Origin: Gammaproteobacteria bacterium
GTDB lineage: Bacteria; Pseudomonadota; Gammaproteobacteria; S012-40
Assembly: GCA_015487785.1 (NCBI GenBank)
Contig: WFPC01000015.1
Span: 51,942-115,941, forward strand
Direction of reading: 5' to 3'
Length of the DNA: 64,000 nt
This document shows, piece after piece, positions 51,210 to 61,264 of this stretch; positions within the stretch are counted from its first letter, which is position 1, and each line of letters starts with the position of its first letter. A program made the translations under genes and the position numbers. Below the pieces are notes generated by a model that saw only the letters and a list, made by a program, of their open reading frames with translations, did not search any database and was not told the DNA's origin.

Positions 51210-52305
51210 ATGGAAATCAATCCGATTCAGAATCGTATCAAGGACTTACTCGAGCGCAGCGGTGCGCTGAGGAGGTATCTTTGACTATGTCGGCAAGCGC
51301 GAACGCCTGCAGGAGGTGGTGCGCGAGCTAGAGGACCCGGCGGTCTGGAACGAGCCGGACAAGGCACAGGCCCTGGGACGGGAACGGGCCCAGCTCGAGA
51401 CCGTTGTCGATGGCCTGGACGAGATCCAGCGTCGCCTCGACGAGGCTGCGGAATTGCTGGATCTGGCGGCCGAGGAAGGCGACGAGGACACCCTGGCGGT
51501 GGTGGCCGAAGACCTCGATCAGGTGGAACGCCAGGTAGCGCAACTGGAGTTCCAGCGCATGTTCTCCGGTGAAATGGATGCCAGCAACGCCTACCTGGAT
51601 ATCCAGGCGGGTTCCGGTGGCACCGAGGCGCAGGACTGGGCCGAGATGCTGCTGCGCATGTATCTGCGCTGGGGGGAGAGGCACGGTTTCAAGACCGAGT
51701 TGATCGAGGTTTCGCCGGGCGAGGTGGCCGGGATCAAGAGTGCCACCATTCATTTCCAGGGCGACTACGCCTTCGGCTGGCTGCGCACCGAAACGGGTGT
51801 GCACCGATTGGTGCGCAAATCGCCGTTCGACTCGGGCAACCGGCGGCACACCTCGTTTGCCTCAGTATTCGTCTCGCCCGAAGTGGACGACGACATCGAC
51901 ATCGAGATCAACCCGGCAGACCTGCGTATCGACACCTACCGAGCCTCGGGTGCCGGTGGCCAGCACGTCAACCGTACTGACTCGGCGGTGCGCATCACCC
52001 ACTTGCCCACCGGTATCGTGGTGCAGTGCCAGAACGACCGCTCCCAGCACAAGAACAAGGCCCAGGCCATGAAACAGCTCAAGGCCAAGCTCTATGAGCT
52101 GGAAATGCTCAAGCGCAACGAGCAACAACAGGCACTGGAGGAAAGCAAGGCCGACATCGGCTGGGGCAGCCAGATTCGCTCCTATGTGCTGGATCAGTCG
52201 CGCATCAAGGACCTGCGCACCGGCGTGGAAACGGGCAACACCCAGGCCGTATTGGATGGTGAACTCGACCCTTTCATCGAGGCCAGTCTCAAGAGTGGTC
52301 TATAA
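51210..52305 (+). CDS. prfB: Peptide chain release factor 2 with programmed +1 ribosomal frameshift (frame 0 51210-51281, frame +1 from 51283)
   Basis: Leader [24 protein letters not shown] ends at CTT TGA C (51279-51285), preceded by AGGAGG. The +1 frame continues [22 protein letters not shown]...[16 protein letters not shown] (GGQ motif) to the stop at 52305. Confidence 0.93.
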
Positions 52306-52334
52306 CTATTTGAAATTCATCTGGAAATATTTCA

Positions 52335-53837
52335 ATGAGTGAGCACCAAAGTGAAGCCGACGAACATACCCTGATTGCCCAGCGCCGCGCCAAGCTGGCC
52401 CAGCTCCGGGAGCAGGGCAATGCTTTTCCCAATGATTTTCGCCGTAACGTGATGGCCGGCGAACTGCATGCGGAATACGGGCACAAGAGCAACGAAGAAC
52501 TGGAGCAGACGCCGGTGCGGGTAGCGGTGGCCGGGCGCATGATGACCCGGCGCATCATGGGCAAGGCCAGTTTCGTGCATCTGCAGGACATGTCGGGACA
52601 AATCCAGCTCTATGTCACCCGTGATCGCCTGCCGGAGGGCTATTACAACCAGCAGTTCAAGAAATGGGACATCGGTGACATCCTTGGTGCCGAGGGCGTC
52701 CTGTTTCGCACCAAGACCGGCGAATTGTCGGTGATGGTGGATTCGATACGTCTGCTGACCAAGGCGGTGCGCCCCCTGCCGGAAAAATTCCACGGCCTGG
52801 CCGATCAGGAAACCCGCTATCGCCAGCGCTATCTCGATCTCATCATGAACCCGCAGTCCCGGCGGACCTTCGTGCTGCGTTCACGCATCATCAGCTACAT
52901 TCGTCGGTATCTCACCGAACGGGACTTCCTGGAAGTGGAAACCCCCATGATGCAGGCGATTCCCGGCGGTGCCACTGCGCGACCCTTCACCACCTACCAC
53001 AATGCCCTGGACATGGAATTGTTTCTGCGCATCGCGCCGGAACTCTATCTCAAACGCCTGGTTGTGGGCGGTTTTGAAAAGGTTTTCGAGATTAATCGCA
53101 ATTTTCGCAATGAGGGGCTGTCCACGCGGCACAATCCCGAATTCACCATGCTGGAGTTCTACCAGGCCTATGCCGACTATCACGATCTCATGGACATCAC
53201 CGAGGACATGTTGCGTGGTTTGGCACAGACACTGCTCGGTGGCACGGTGGTGAGCTATCAGGGGGAACAATATGATTTCGGTCGTCCCTTCGCGCGCATG
53301 ACGGTGAAGGAGTCCATTCTGCACTTCAATCCCCAATTGCGTGCCGAACAACTGGAAGACCTGGAACAGGCCCGGCAGGTGGCCGAGAAGCTGGGTATTC
53401 CTCTGAGACCCAGTTATGGCCTGGGCAAGGTGCAAATCGAGATATTCGAGAAGACGGTGGAGCATCGCTTGAAAGACCCCACCTTCATCACCGCCTACCC
53501 CACCGAGGTTTCACCGCTGGCACGGCGTAACGACGCGGATCCCTTCGTCACCGATCGCTTCGAGTTTTTCGTCGGCGGGCGCGAACTGGCCAACGGTTTC
53601 TCCGAACTCAACGACTACGAGGACCAGGCCGAGCGTTTTCGCCAGCAAGTCAAAGAAAAAGAAGCCGGCGACGACGAGGCCATGCACTTCGACGAGGACT
53701 ACATCGTCGCCCTGGAGCACGGCATGCCGCCCACCGCCGGCGAAGGCATCGGCATAGATCGCCTGGTGATGTTGTTCACCGATTCACCCTCAATCCGCGA
53801 CGTGTTGCTGTTTCCACATCTGCGGCCCAAGGGCTGA
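52335..53837 (+). CDS. lysS: Lysyl-tRNA synthetase
   Basis: 500 aa. Collinear with E. coli LysS ([19 protein letters not shown]..., [15 protein letters not shown]). Confidence 0.97.
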   Translation: MSEHQSEADEHTLIAQRRAKLAQLREQGNAFPNDFRRNVMAGELHAEYGHKSNEELEQTPVRVAVAGRMMTRRIMGKASFVHLQDMSGQIQLYVTRDRLPEGYYNQQFKKWDIGDILGAEGVLFRTKTGELSVMVDSIRLLTKAVRPLPEKFHGLADQETRYRQRYLDLIMNPQSRRTFVLRSRIISYIRRYLTERDFLEVETPMMQAIPGGATARPFTTYHNALDMELFLRIAPELYLKRLVVGGFEKVFEINRNFRNEGLSTRHNPEFTMLEFYQAYADYHDLMDITEDMLRGLAQTLLGGTVVSYQGEQYDFGRPFARMTVKESILHFNPQLRAEQLEDLEQARQVAEKLGIPLRPSYGLGKVQIEIFEKTVEHRLKDPTFITAYPTEVSPLARRNDADPFVTDRFEFFVGGRELANGFSELNDYEDQAERFRQQVKEKEAGDDEAMHFDEDYIVALEHGMPPTAGEGIGIDRLVMLFTDSPSIRDVLLFPHLRPKG

Positions 53838-53845
53838 AGGCGGCG

Positions 53846-54277
53846 TTACTGGAATTCGATCACGGCCATGTTTCCGTCGCGGATGATGTCGGCGACGGTG
53901 TACTTGTCCAGCACTTCCATGAAGCGGCGGGTGGCTTCCCCCAGCACGGGCTTGAGCATGCAGGCGGGTTCTACCACGCACTTGGCCTTTTCCCTGTCGA
54001 AACACTCAACGATGTTGAAATTGGGCTCGGTGGCGCGAACCACCTCCCCAATATTGATCTCCTCGGCAGGGCGGGCCAGCCGGATGCCGCCACTCTTGCC
54101 GCGGGTGGTCTGGATGAATCCTTTCTGGGCCAGGTGGTGCACAACCTTTACCAAATGGTTACGCGAAATGTCGTAATATTCGGCGATTTCGGTAATAGTG
54201 GCCTTTTCCCCGGGATCCTTGAGTGACAGATAGGCCAGAACCCTCAAGGTATAATCCGTATAAAGTGTCAGTTGCAT
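53846..54277 (-). CDS. nsrR: Rrf2-family NO-responsive transcriptional repressor NsrR
   Basis: Start at MQLTLYTDYTLRVLAYL, as in E. coli NsrR (MQLTSFTDYGLRAL). Three C-terminal Cys (CFDREKAKCVVEPAC). The track ORF is extended by 42 codons upstream. Confidence 0.85.
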   Translation of the reverse strand: MQLTLYTDYTLRVLAYLSLKDPGEKATITEIAEYYDISRNHLVKVVHHLAQKGFIQTTRGKSGGIRLARPAEEINIGEVVRATEPNFNIVECFDREKAKCVVEPACMLKPVLGEATRRFMEVLDKYTVADIIRDGNMAVIEFQ

Positions 54278-54407
54278 GTCATTCACTCGTCCTGTAATGC
54301 TCGATATATACACGCCGGGCGTGCAGATCTTCCCTGATCCATAAACAACACTAATAATGTTGATTAAACCACATAATTGATTCCGGTGCAGCTTTTTATT
54401 CATGCAC

Positions 54408-54420
54408 AGATAATATATCT
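54408..54420. promoter_or_regulatory. Palindrome AGATAATATATCT in nsrR/glbN divergent promoter region (candidate operator)
   Basis: Inverted repeat AGATA-ata-TATCT, 35 nt upstream of the glbN ATG. A second IR GTGCA-N13-TGCAC lies at about 54386-54408. Confidence 0.3.
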
Positions 54421-54455
54421 TACAGGATTCGATAAACTTGAACAGGAGAAGTGTG

Positions 54456-54824
54456 ATGAGCCAATCCCTTTACGAGCAGATCGGTGGCGAGGCCGCGGTG
54501 AACGCGGCGGTGGACATTTTCTACCGCAAGGTGCTGAGTGATGAGCGCATCAATGGGTTTTTTGAAGGCGTGGACATGGACAAGCAAGCGGCCAAACAAA
54601 AGGCCTTTCTGACCATGGCGTTTGGCGGGCCACACAATTATACTGGCAAGGACATGCGGGAAGGTCATGCCCACCTGGTGGCGCGTGGACTCGACGACAG
54701 TCACTTCGATGCGGTGATGGAAAACCTGGCGGCCACGCTCAAGGAACTCAAGGTGCCCGATCAGCTCATTGCCGAGGCGGCGGCCATCGCCGAGAGCACC
54801 CGCAACGACGTATTGGGGCGTTAA
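54456..54824 (+). CDS. glbN: Truncated hemoglobin, group I (trHbN / GlbN-like)
   Basis: MSQSLYEQIGGEAAVNAAVDIFYRKVLSDERINGFF...QKAFLTMAFGGPHNYTGKDMREGHAHL closely matches cyanoglobin GlbN and Mycobacterium HbN. AGGAGA SD sits 6 nt before the ATG at 54456. Confidence 0.9.
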   Translation: MSQSLYEQIGGEAAVNAAVDIFYRKVLSDERINGFFEGVDMDKQAAKQKAFLTMAFGGPHNYTGKDMREGHAHLVARGLDDSHFDAVMENLAATLKELKVPDQLIAEAAAIAESTRNDVLGR

Positions 54825-54843
54825 ACAGCACGGGGGACGGACT

Positions 54844-55812
54844 TTGGGTTATACGATTCATTACAACGGCAAAGACTATGATTGTGGCGACACGGAAACC
54901 GTACTCGATGCCTTGTTGCGCCATGGTGAGTCCGTTCCCTATTCCTGTAAGGCCGGCGTGTGTCATAGCTGTCTGATGCAGGCCCTCAAGGGGCAACCCA
55001 CCGAGGCTTCCCAGGCCGGCCTCAAGGAGACGCTCAAGCAACGCAATTTCTTCCTGCCCTGCAGTTGCGTACCCCAGGTGGACATGACGGTGGCCCTGGC
55101 CGGCGAGGCCGAACTGCATCATGTCAGCGCCGAGGTGATCGACAAGACACCGCTCAATGCGCATATCATGCGCGTGCGTCTCAGGCCCGAAGGCGAATTC
55201 AGCTACCACGCGGGGCAATTCGTCAACTTCTTTCGTGACGAGAGCGTGGTACGCAGCTACTCCCTGGCCAGTGTGCCGGCGCTGGAGGATTTCCTCGAGC
55301 TGCACGTGCAACGCCTGCCTGGTGGCCAGTTGAGTCCATGGATTCACGACCAGCTTGCGGTGGGTGACAAGGTCATGCTCAGCGAAGCCCTGGGTGATTG
55401 TTTCTATACCCGCAGGGATCCCGCACAGCCCTTGCTGTTCATCGGCACCGGCTCTGGTCTGGCGCCGCTCTACGGCATTGTGCGCGATGCCCTGCAACAA
55501 GGCCATAGGGGCCCTATTTATCTCTATCATGGCACCCGCAGCCGTGAAGAGATCTACCTGGTGGATGAATTGCGAGAACTGGCCGCCGCGCACGACAATG
55601 TACATTACCAGCCCTGCCTGTCGCGCGAAGAGGCGGCGGGTTTTGCCCATGGACGTGCCAACGAGATTGCCCTGGAGCGCCATCCCGACCTCAAGGGTTG
55701 GCGGGCCTATCTGTGTGGCAATCCCAACATGGTAGAAGCCAGCAAGAAGAAAATCTTCCTCGCCGGGGCGGCTCTCGGCGACATCTTTGCCGACGCCTTC
55801 GTGCACAGTTGA
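54844..55812 (+). CDS. 2Fe-2S ferredoxin / FNR-family flavin oxidoreductase
   Basis: TTG start at 54844 after a GGGGGA SD; the track ORF begins earlier and overlaps glbN. N-terminal plant-type 2Fe-2S (CKAGVCHSC...CSC), RSYSLAS flavin motif, GTGSGLAP NAD(P)H motif. Confidence 0.8.
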   Translation: MGYTIHYNGKDYDCGDTETVLDALLRHGESVPYSCKAGVCHSCLMQALKGQPTEASQAGLKETLKQRNFFLPCSCVPQVDMTVALAGEAELHHVSAEVIDKTPLNAHIMRVRLRPEGEFSYHAGQFVNFFRDESVVRSYSLASVPALEDFLELHVQRLPGGQLSPWIHDQLAVGDKVMLSEALGDCFYTRRDPAQPLLFIGTGSGLAPLYGIVRDALQQGHRGPIYLYHGTRSREEIYLVDELRELAAAHDNVHYQPCLSREEAAGFAHGRANEIALERHPDLKGWRAYLCGNPNMVEASKKKIFLAGAALGDIFADAFVHS

Positions 55813-55820
55813 GGCAAGCC

Positions 55821-56822
55821 ATGGAAGCCGTCAAACGCCACGGATCCTGGCTGCTCGGCATGCTCTTGTTGCTCACCCTGGGACTGGCGAAGGCCGACGA
55901 ACGCCCGTTGCCGGATTTCGCCACCTGGCTGGAGGCACTGCGCGCCGAGGCCCTGGCCCAGGGAATCTCCCTTCGTACCCTGGACGAGGCCCTGACGGGC
56001 GTCAAGCCCATCGAGCGCGTCATTCGCTTCGATCGCAACCAGCCGGAATTCAAGCTCACTTTCGCACGTTATTTCCAGCGGGTGGTCTCCCGTGCACGAG
56101 TGGAAAAGGGGCGTAAGCTGCTGCTCGAACATCGGGCCTTGCTGCAACAGATCCAGTCCCGTTACGGAGTACAGCCGCGGTTTGTGGTGGCCTTGTGGGG
56201 CATGGAGACCGATTTTGGCCGTCTCACCGGTGGTTTCAAGGTGATCGATGCCCTGGTGACCCTGGCCTACGATCCCAGGCGTTCAGGCTATTTTCGTCGC
56301 CAATTGCTCGATGCCCTGCGCATCATCGACCAGGGGCATGTGCGTGCTGCCGAGATGACCGGTTCCTGGGCAGGCGCCATGGGGCAGACCCAGTTCATGC
56401 CGTCCACCTTCCTGCGTTATGCGGTGGACTTCGACGGTGATGGCCGCAAGGACCTGTGGCACAGCACTGCCGATGCCCTGGCCTCCGGTGCCAATTATCT
56501 GGCCCGCATGGGTTGGCGTGACGACCAGACCTGGGGGCGGGAAGTGCGCCTGCCGGCGGATTTCGACCCCGGCCTGTTCGGCCTGGAGCAACGCAAGCGG
56601 CTCTCGCAATGGCAAGCCCTGGGAGTACGTCGCATCGACGGGCGGGACCTGCCGCGGCGGGACCTGCTGGCCTCACTCATCCAGCTCGATGGTGACACGG
56701 ATAAACCGCGTCATTTTCTTGTCTACGATAATTATCGTGCCATCATGAAATGGAACAAGTCCCATCACTTTGCCACCTCGGTGGGCATCCTGTCCGACAG
56801 AATCGGCCGCCGGCGTCTCTGA
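55821..56822 (+). CDS. mltB: Lytic murein transglycosylase B
   Basis: Start at MEAVKRHGSWLLGMLLLLTLGLAKA (signal peptide). Conserved MltB core (ALWGMETDFG, MGQTQFMPSTF). Confidence 0.9.
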   Translation: MEAVKRHGSWLLGMLLLLTLGLAKADERPLPDFATWLEALRAEALAQGISLRTLDEALTGVKPIERVIRFDRNQPEFKLTFARYFQRVVSRARVEKGRKLLLEHRALLQQIQSRYGVQPRFVVALWGMETDFGRLTGGFKVIDALVTLAYDPRRSGYFRRQLLDALRIIDQGHVRAAEMTGSWAGAMGQTQFMPSTFLRYAVDFDGDGRKDLWHSTADALASGANYLARMGWRDDQTWGREVRLPADFDPGLFGLEQRKRLSQWQALGVRRIDGRDLPRRDLLASLIQLDGDTDKPRHFLVYDNYRAIMKWNKSHHFATSVGILSDRIGRRRL

Positions 56823-57286
56823 TGGGTTTATCCAAAACATTAAATCAAATGGGTAATGGGTTGAAAATATTTAGCTTTATCCTGATTGCCGTGCTTCTTC
56901 TGGTGACTGCGTGTAGCCGTGGTCCGGAAAATCGCGAGGAGGACGTGGTGGCCGTCCGCAAGCTCATGCAGGAACGCGCCGAGGCCATTGCCAACAAGGA
57001 TATCCAGGCCTATGCGCGCCTTATCCATCCCGAATACAACGATGGCCGCAATACCCGGGAAATGGTCATCGAAGACATGCGCCATGCCTTTGAAACCTAC
57101 GACAGCATTGCCTTTAGCTATCAGAAAGCGCCGGTGGAGCTGAAAATGAATACCGCGCGGGTGGTGCAGCGCATCATGTACCGGGTGAACGGCGACAAGA
57201 CTCTTCACGATCACGAAATACTGATTCTGCGCAAAAGCGACGGGCGCTGGATGATTTCCGGTGGCATCACCACGGGTTTGTTCTAG
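56822..57286 (+). CDS. Lipoprotein with NTF2-like / SnoaL-like (DUF4440-type) fold
   Basis: The ATG overlaps the mltB stop (TGATG). Signal MGLSKTLNQMGNGLKIFSFILIAVLLLVTAC. ..DGRWMISGG C-terminus typical of NTF2-like proteins. Confidence 0.55.
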   Translation: MGLSKTLNQMGNGLKIFSFILIAVLLLVTACSRGPENREEDVVAVRKLMQERAEAIANKDIQAYARLIHPEYNDGRNTREMVIEDMRHAFETYDSIAFSYQKAPVELKMNTARVVQRIMYRVNGDKTLHDHEILILRKSDGRWMISGGITTGLF

Positions 57287-57339
57287 GACTCTGTCGGATT
57301 CAGAGACAATTACTACCGCGCACATACGGGTTTTTTGCG

Positions 57340-58011
57340 TCAGTCGCGGGCACCGAAAACCACGATGGTCTTGCCCTTGGCGCTGATCAGGCCCTGGCTT
57401 TCCATGTTTTTCATCACCCGGCCGACCATCTCCCTGCTACAGCCCACCAGTTTGCCCAACTCAGTACGGCTGATCTTGATCTGTATCCCATCGGGATGGG
57501 TCATGGCATCGGGTTGCTTGCACAGGTCCAGCAGAGCGCTGGCGATGCGGCCGGCGGCGTCCATGAAGGCCAGATGGCCCACCTTGCGGTTGGCTTGCAG
57601 TAGGCGTGTGGAAATATGCGTAGCCAGGGATCGCAGAATACTGGAGAATTCCTCCTTGAGTTCGTTCTCGGCCAGTTGCTCCAGCCTCTCGTAGCTGATG
57701 GCGGCCAGCACCGAGGGGGCACGGGTGCGCACGGTGACTTGGCGTTTCTCCTGCTTGACGAACAGGCCGGTTTCACCGATGTAGTCGCCGGCATTGAGAT
57801 AGCCGAGGATCAGGTCGTTGCCTTCGTCGTCTTCCATGGTGATGGTGGCCGAACCCTCGATCAGGTAGTAGAGCTTGTCGGCGGCATCCCCGGGGCGAAT
57901 GATCAGGCGCTTGTTGGGCAGTTCGCGGATCTCGCAGAAATCCAGCAAGCGGCGCAGGGCAGGGTCGGTAACATTCTTGAATTTAACGGGTTTTGATGTG
58001 TTCATCGTCAT
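57340..58011 (-). CDS. vfr: cAMP receptor protein / virulence factor regulator (CRP-Vfr)
   Basis: 223 aa. cNMP-binding fold plus C-terminal HTH. ...CKQPDAMTHPDGIQIKISRTELGKLVGCSREMVGRVMKNMESQGLISAKGKTIVVFG is near-identical to Pseudomonas Vfr / E. coli CRP. Confidence 0.93.
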   Translation of the reverse strand: MTMNTSKPVKFKNVTDPALRRLLDFCEIRELPNKRLIIRPGDAADKLYYLIEGSATITMEDDEGNDLILGYLNAGDYIGETGLFVKQEKRQVTVRTRAPSVLAAISYERLEQLAENELKEEFSSILRSLATHISTRLLQANRKVGHLAFMDAAGRIASALLDLCKQPDAMTHPDGIQIKISRTELGKLVGCSREMVGRVMKNMESQGLISAKGKTIVVFGARD

Positions 58012-58083
58012 CGAAGGTCAATCGCACGCTCTTCCATGTCATCGGCAGGAGGGCGGAAAATCTGAATCCCTGTTTGTCTGTCC

Positions 58084-59130
58084 ATGAGTTCACCTTATCA
58101 CTATAGTCCGGATTCTCTCGCGCGAGCCTGGGGGGAACCCATGGCATCGGCGCATCTGCGCCAGCGGCCGGAGGATTTCGTGGTGGTGGAGGAGCTGGGT
58201 TTCGAGCCGGAAGGAGAGGGGGAACACCTGTGGTTGTGGGTGGAAAAACGTGCCTGTACCACCGACTGGGTGGTGCGGCATCTTGCTCGGCTGACCGGGG
58301 TCACGCGGCGTGATGTGGGCTTTGCCGGGCAGAAGGACCGTCAGGCCCTGACCCGGCAGTGGTTTAGCATCTACTTGCCCACAGGGGGCGAGTTGGATGG
58401 GCGCCGCTTGAGCGAGGTGGCGGATTCCTCGCGGGGTGAGCATATTCGCCTGTTGGCACAGACCCGCCATCGCCGCAAGTTGCGCCGTGGCCAGCATCGT
58501 GGCAATCGCTTCGAACTGGTACTGCGTGACTGCCGGGGCGATCCTGCCGTCATGGCAGAACGCTTGTGCTGTATTGCCGAGCGGGGAGTGCCCAATTATT
58601 TCGGAGAACAGCGTTTTGGCCGCGGGGGAGACAATGTGACGCGGTTTCTGCAGCAGGCGCTCATGGGACACCGGCGGATCAACTCCATGTTGATCTCGGC
58701 GGCACGCTCCTGGCTGTTCAATGCCCTGCTGAGTCAGCGTGTGAGCCAGGGGAGCTGGTCCCATGCCCGTGCGGGTGATGTATTGATGCTGGCTGGCAGC
58801 CGCAGTCACTTTCTTTGCCAGGTGGTGGACGAATCCATCAAACGACGCCTGGTCGAAGGCGACCTCAGCCCCAGCGGTCCCTTGTGGGGACAAGGTGAGT
58901 TGTGCAGCAGTGGAGAGGTCCGGCAACAGGAAGAGGCATTGGCTGCGGAGCATCCCGAACTGTGCCAGGCTTTGGAGGCCCGGGGCTTGACACAGGAGCG
59001 CCGCAGCCTGCGCCTTGCTGTGGACGACCTGCAATGGCGCTGGGCCGGGAACGATCTGATGGTGTCGTTCTTTCTCATCCGCGGGGGATTTGCCACCTCG
59101 GTGTTGCGCGAAGTGGCCTCAACTGGCTGA
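58084..59130 (+). CDS. truD: tRNA pseudouridine(13) synthase
   Basis: 348 aa. N-terminal RQRPEDFVVVEELGF and catalytic Asp region GFAGQKDRQA, matching the TruD family. Confidence 0.9.
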   Translation: MSSPYHYSPDSLARAWGEPMASAHLRQRPEDFVVVEELGFEPEGEGEHLWLWVEKRACTTDWVVRHLARLTGVTRRDVGFAGQKDRQALTRQWFSIYLPTGGELDGRRLSEVADSSRGEHIRLLAQTRHRRKLRRGQHRGNRFELVLRDCRGDPAVMAERLCCIAERGVPNYFGEQRFGRGGDNVTRFLQQALMGHRRINSMLISAARSWLFNALLSQRVSQGSWSHARAGDVLMLAGSRSHFLCQVVDESIKRRLVEGDLSPSGPLWGQGELCSSGEVRQQEEALAAEHPELCQALEARGLTQERRSLRLAVDDLQWRWAGNDLMVSFFLIRGGFATSVLREVASTG

Positions 59131-59356
59131 GCCATGCTTGAGTGACAGCCCAGCCACAACGGACGAGAAAGCACTGGAGGCGGGATGGCGTCGAACGCTC
59201 ACGGGCCGCGCTCGTTGAAACCCGCCATATCCAACGCGATTATTCGCAACATCAAACAGTTGCATCGACTGTTCAGTTCGGCTGGTGAAATATTCAGACT
59301 GGTACAAGGACGGGGTTTCCGCTTACAATCCTGGCGCCCTGGTCCGAGAGGTAAGC

Positions 59357-61243
59357 ATGTCGAAGCAGTACAATGCAGAAGATATCGAGGTCCTGACCGG
59401 CCTCGAGCCCGTGCGCAAACGTCCGGGTATGTATACGGATACCAGCCGCCCCAATCACCTGGCACAGGAGGTCATTGACAACAGTGTCGACGAGGCCATG
59501 GCCGGTCATGCCGATCGCATCGAGGTCAGCTTGTTCCGCGATGGCTCGCTGGAGGTGCGTGACAACGGGCGCGGCATGCCAGTGGATATTCATCCCGAGG
59601 AAGGCCTGCCAGGTGTGGAGCTGATTCTCACCCGGCTGCACGCCGGCGGTAAGTTCTCCAACGACAATTATCGCTTTTCCGGGGGACTGCACGGGGTGGG
59701 CGTCTCGGTGGTCAATGCCCTGTCCTCCCGATTGGAGGTGCGGGTGCGCCGCGGGGGAAAGGAATATGCCATGGCCTTTGCCCAGGGCGAGAAAACCGAG
59801 TCCCTGCACGAAACGGGCAAGGTGGGCAAGCAGAACACCGGCACTACGGTGCGTTTCTGGCCTGAGGCCGGTTTTTTCGACACGGTGAAATTCTCCCTGC
59901 CCAGGCTGCGCCACGTATTGCGCGCCAAGGCTGTGTTGTGCCCAGGCCTGCGAGTGAGTCTATACGACGAGGCCAGTGGGGAAACCGAGCACTGGCATTA
60001 CCGGGATGGACTGCCAGACTACCTGGCCGGTGCCCTGCGAGACTACGAGTGCCTGCCGGAAATCCCTTTCTCCGGTGCCATGCAAGGCAATGACGAGGAA
60101 GTGGCATGGGCTCTGTGCTGGCTGCCACAAGGGGGCGAGCCGGTCACCGAGAGTTATGTCAACCTGATTCCCACCGCTCAGGGGGGGACCCATGTCAATG
60201 GCCTGCGCACGGGGCTTACCGAGGCCCTGCGGGAGTTCTGTGAGTTCAAGAGCCTGTTGCCCCGCGGACTCAGGCTGGCTCCGGACGATGTTTGGGATCA
60301 ATGCAGTTACGTGCTGTCGGTGAAACTGCTGGATCCACAGTTCTCCGGGCAAACCAAGGAACGCCTGTCGTCGCGTGAATGTGCCACCTTTGTCTCCGGA
60401 GTAATCAAGGACGCCTTCAGCCTGTGGCTGGGCGAACATCCGGAGCAGGGTGAGCGTATCGCCGAACTGGCCATAGGCAATGCCCAGAAGCGGCTGCGTG
60501 CGGCCAAGAAAGTGGTGCGAAAGAAGGTTACCAGTGGTCCGGCCCTGCCCGGCAAACTGGCCGATTGCAGTAGCCAGGACAGCCAGCGTAGTGAACTGTT
60601 CCTGGTGGAAGGTGATTCCGCCGGTGGTTCGGCCAAGCAGGCCCGGGATCGTGAGTTTCAGGCCGTGATGCCCCTGCGCGGCAAGATTCTCAACACCTGG
60701 GAAGTGGACTCCCAGCAGGTACTGGCATCCCAGGAAGTCCACGATATCGCCGTGGCCATCGGGGTGGATCCTGGTTCCGACGATCTCAAGGGGCTGCGTT
60801 ATGGCAAGATCTGTATTCTGGCCGATGCCGATTCCGATGGTGCCCACATAGCCACCTTGTTGTGCGCCCTGTTTCTGCGTCATTTCAAGCCCCTGGTATC
60901 CAGCGGCCATGTCTACGTAGCCATGCCTCCCCTGTATCGTATCGACGTGGGCAAGCATGTGTTCTATGCCCTGGACGAAAACGAGAAACAGGGTGTGCTC
61001 GACCGCATCGCGGCGGAAAAACTGCGTGGCAAAATCAACGTGCAACGCTTCAAGGGGTTGGGCGAAATGAATCCGCTGCAATTACGCGAAACCACCATGA
61101 ACCCGGATACCCGGCGGCTGGTGCAATTGACCCTGGAGCCTGGCGACGACAGCCACGCCCTGTTGGACATGTTGCTGGCCAAGAAACGCGCGGCCGACCG
61201 CAAAACCTGGCTGGAACAGAAAGGCAATCTGGCCACGCTGTAG
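59357..61243 (+). CDS. parE: DNA topoisomerase IV subunit B
   Basis: Start at MSKQYNAEDIEVLTGLEPVRKRPGMY. GHKL ATPase motifs, TOPRIM (EGDSAGGS), no GyrB-specific insert. Followed directly by parC. Confidence 0.93.
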   Translation: MSKQYNAEDIEVLTGLEPVRKRPGMYTDTSRPNHLAQEVIDNSVDEAMAGHADRIEVSLFRDGSLEVRDNGRGMPVDIHPEEGLPGVELILTRLHAGGKFSNDNYRFSGGLHGVGVSVVNALSSRLEVRVRRGGKEYAMAFAQGEKTESLHETGKVGKQNTGTTVRFWPEAGFFDTVKFSLPRLRHVLRAKAVLCPGLRVSLYDEASGETEHWHYRDGLPDYLAGALRDYECLPEIPFSGAMQGNDEEVAWALCWLPQGGEPVTESYVNLIPTAQGGTHVNGLRTGLTEALREFCEFKSLLPRGLRLAPDDVWDQCSYVLSVKLLDPQFSGQTKERLSSRECATFVSGVIKDAFSLWLGEHPEQGERIAELAIGNAQKRLRAAKKVVRKKVTSGPALPGKLADCSSQDSQRSELFLVEGDSAGGSAKQARDREFQAVMPLRGKILNTWEVDSQQVLASQEVHDIAVAIGVDPGSDDLKGLRYGKICILADADSDGAHIATLLCALFLRHFKPLVSSGHVYVAMPPLYRIDVGKHVFYALDENEKQGVLDRIAAEKLRGKINVQRFKGLGEMNPLQLRETTMNPDTRRLVQLTLEPGDDSHALLDMLLAKKRAADRKTWLEQKGNLATL

Positions 61244-61264
61244 TCATACTGAGAAAAAGCCATA

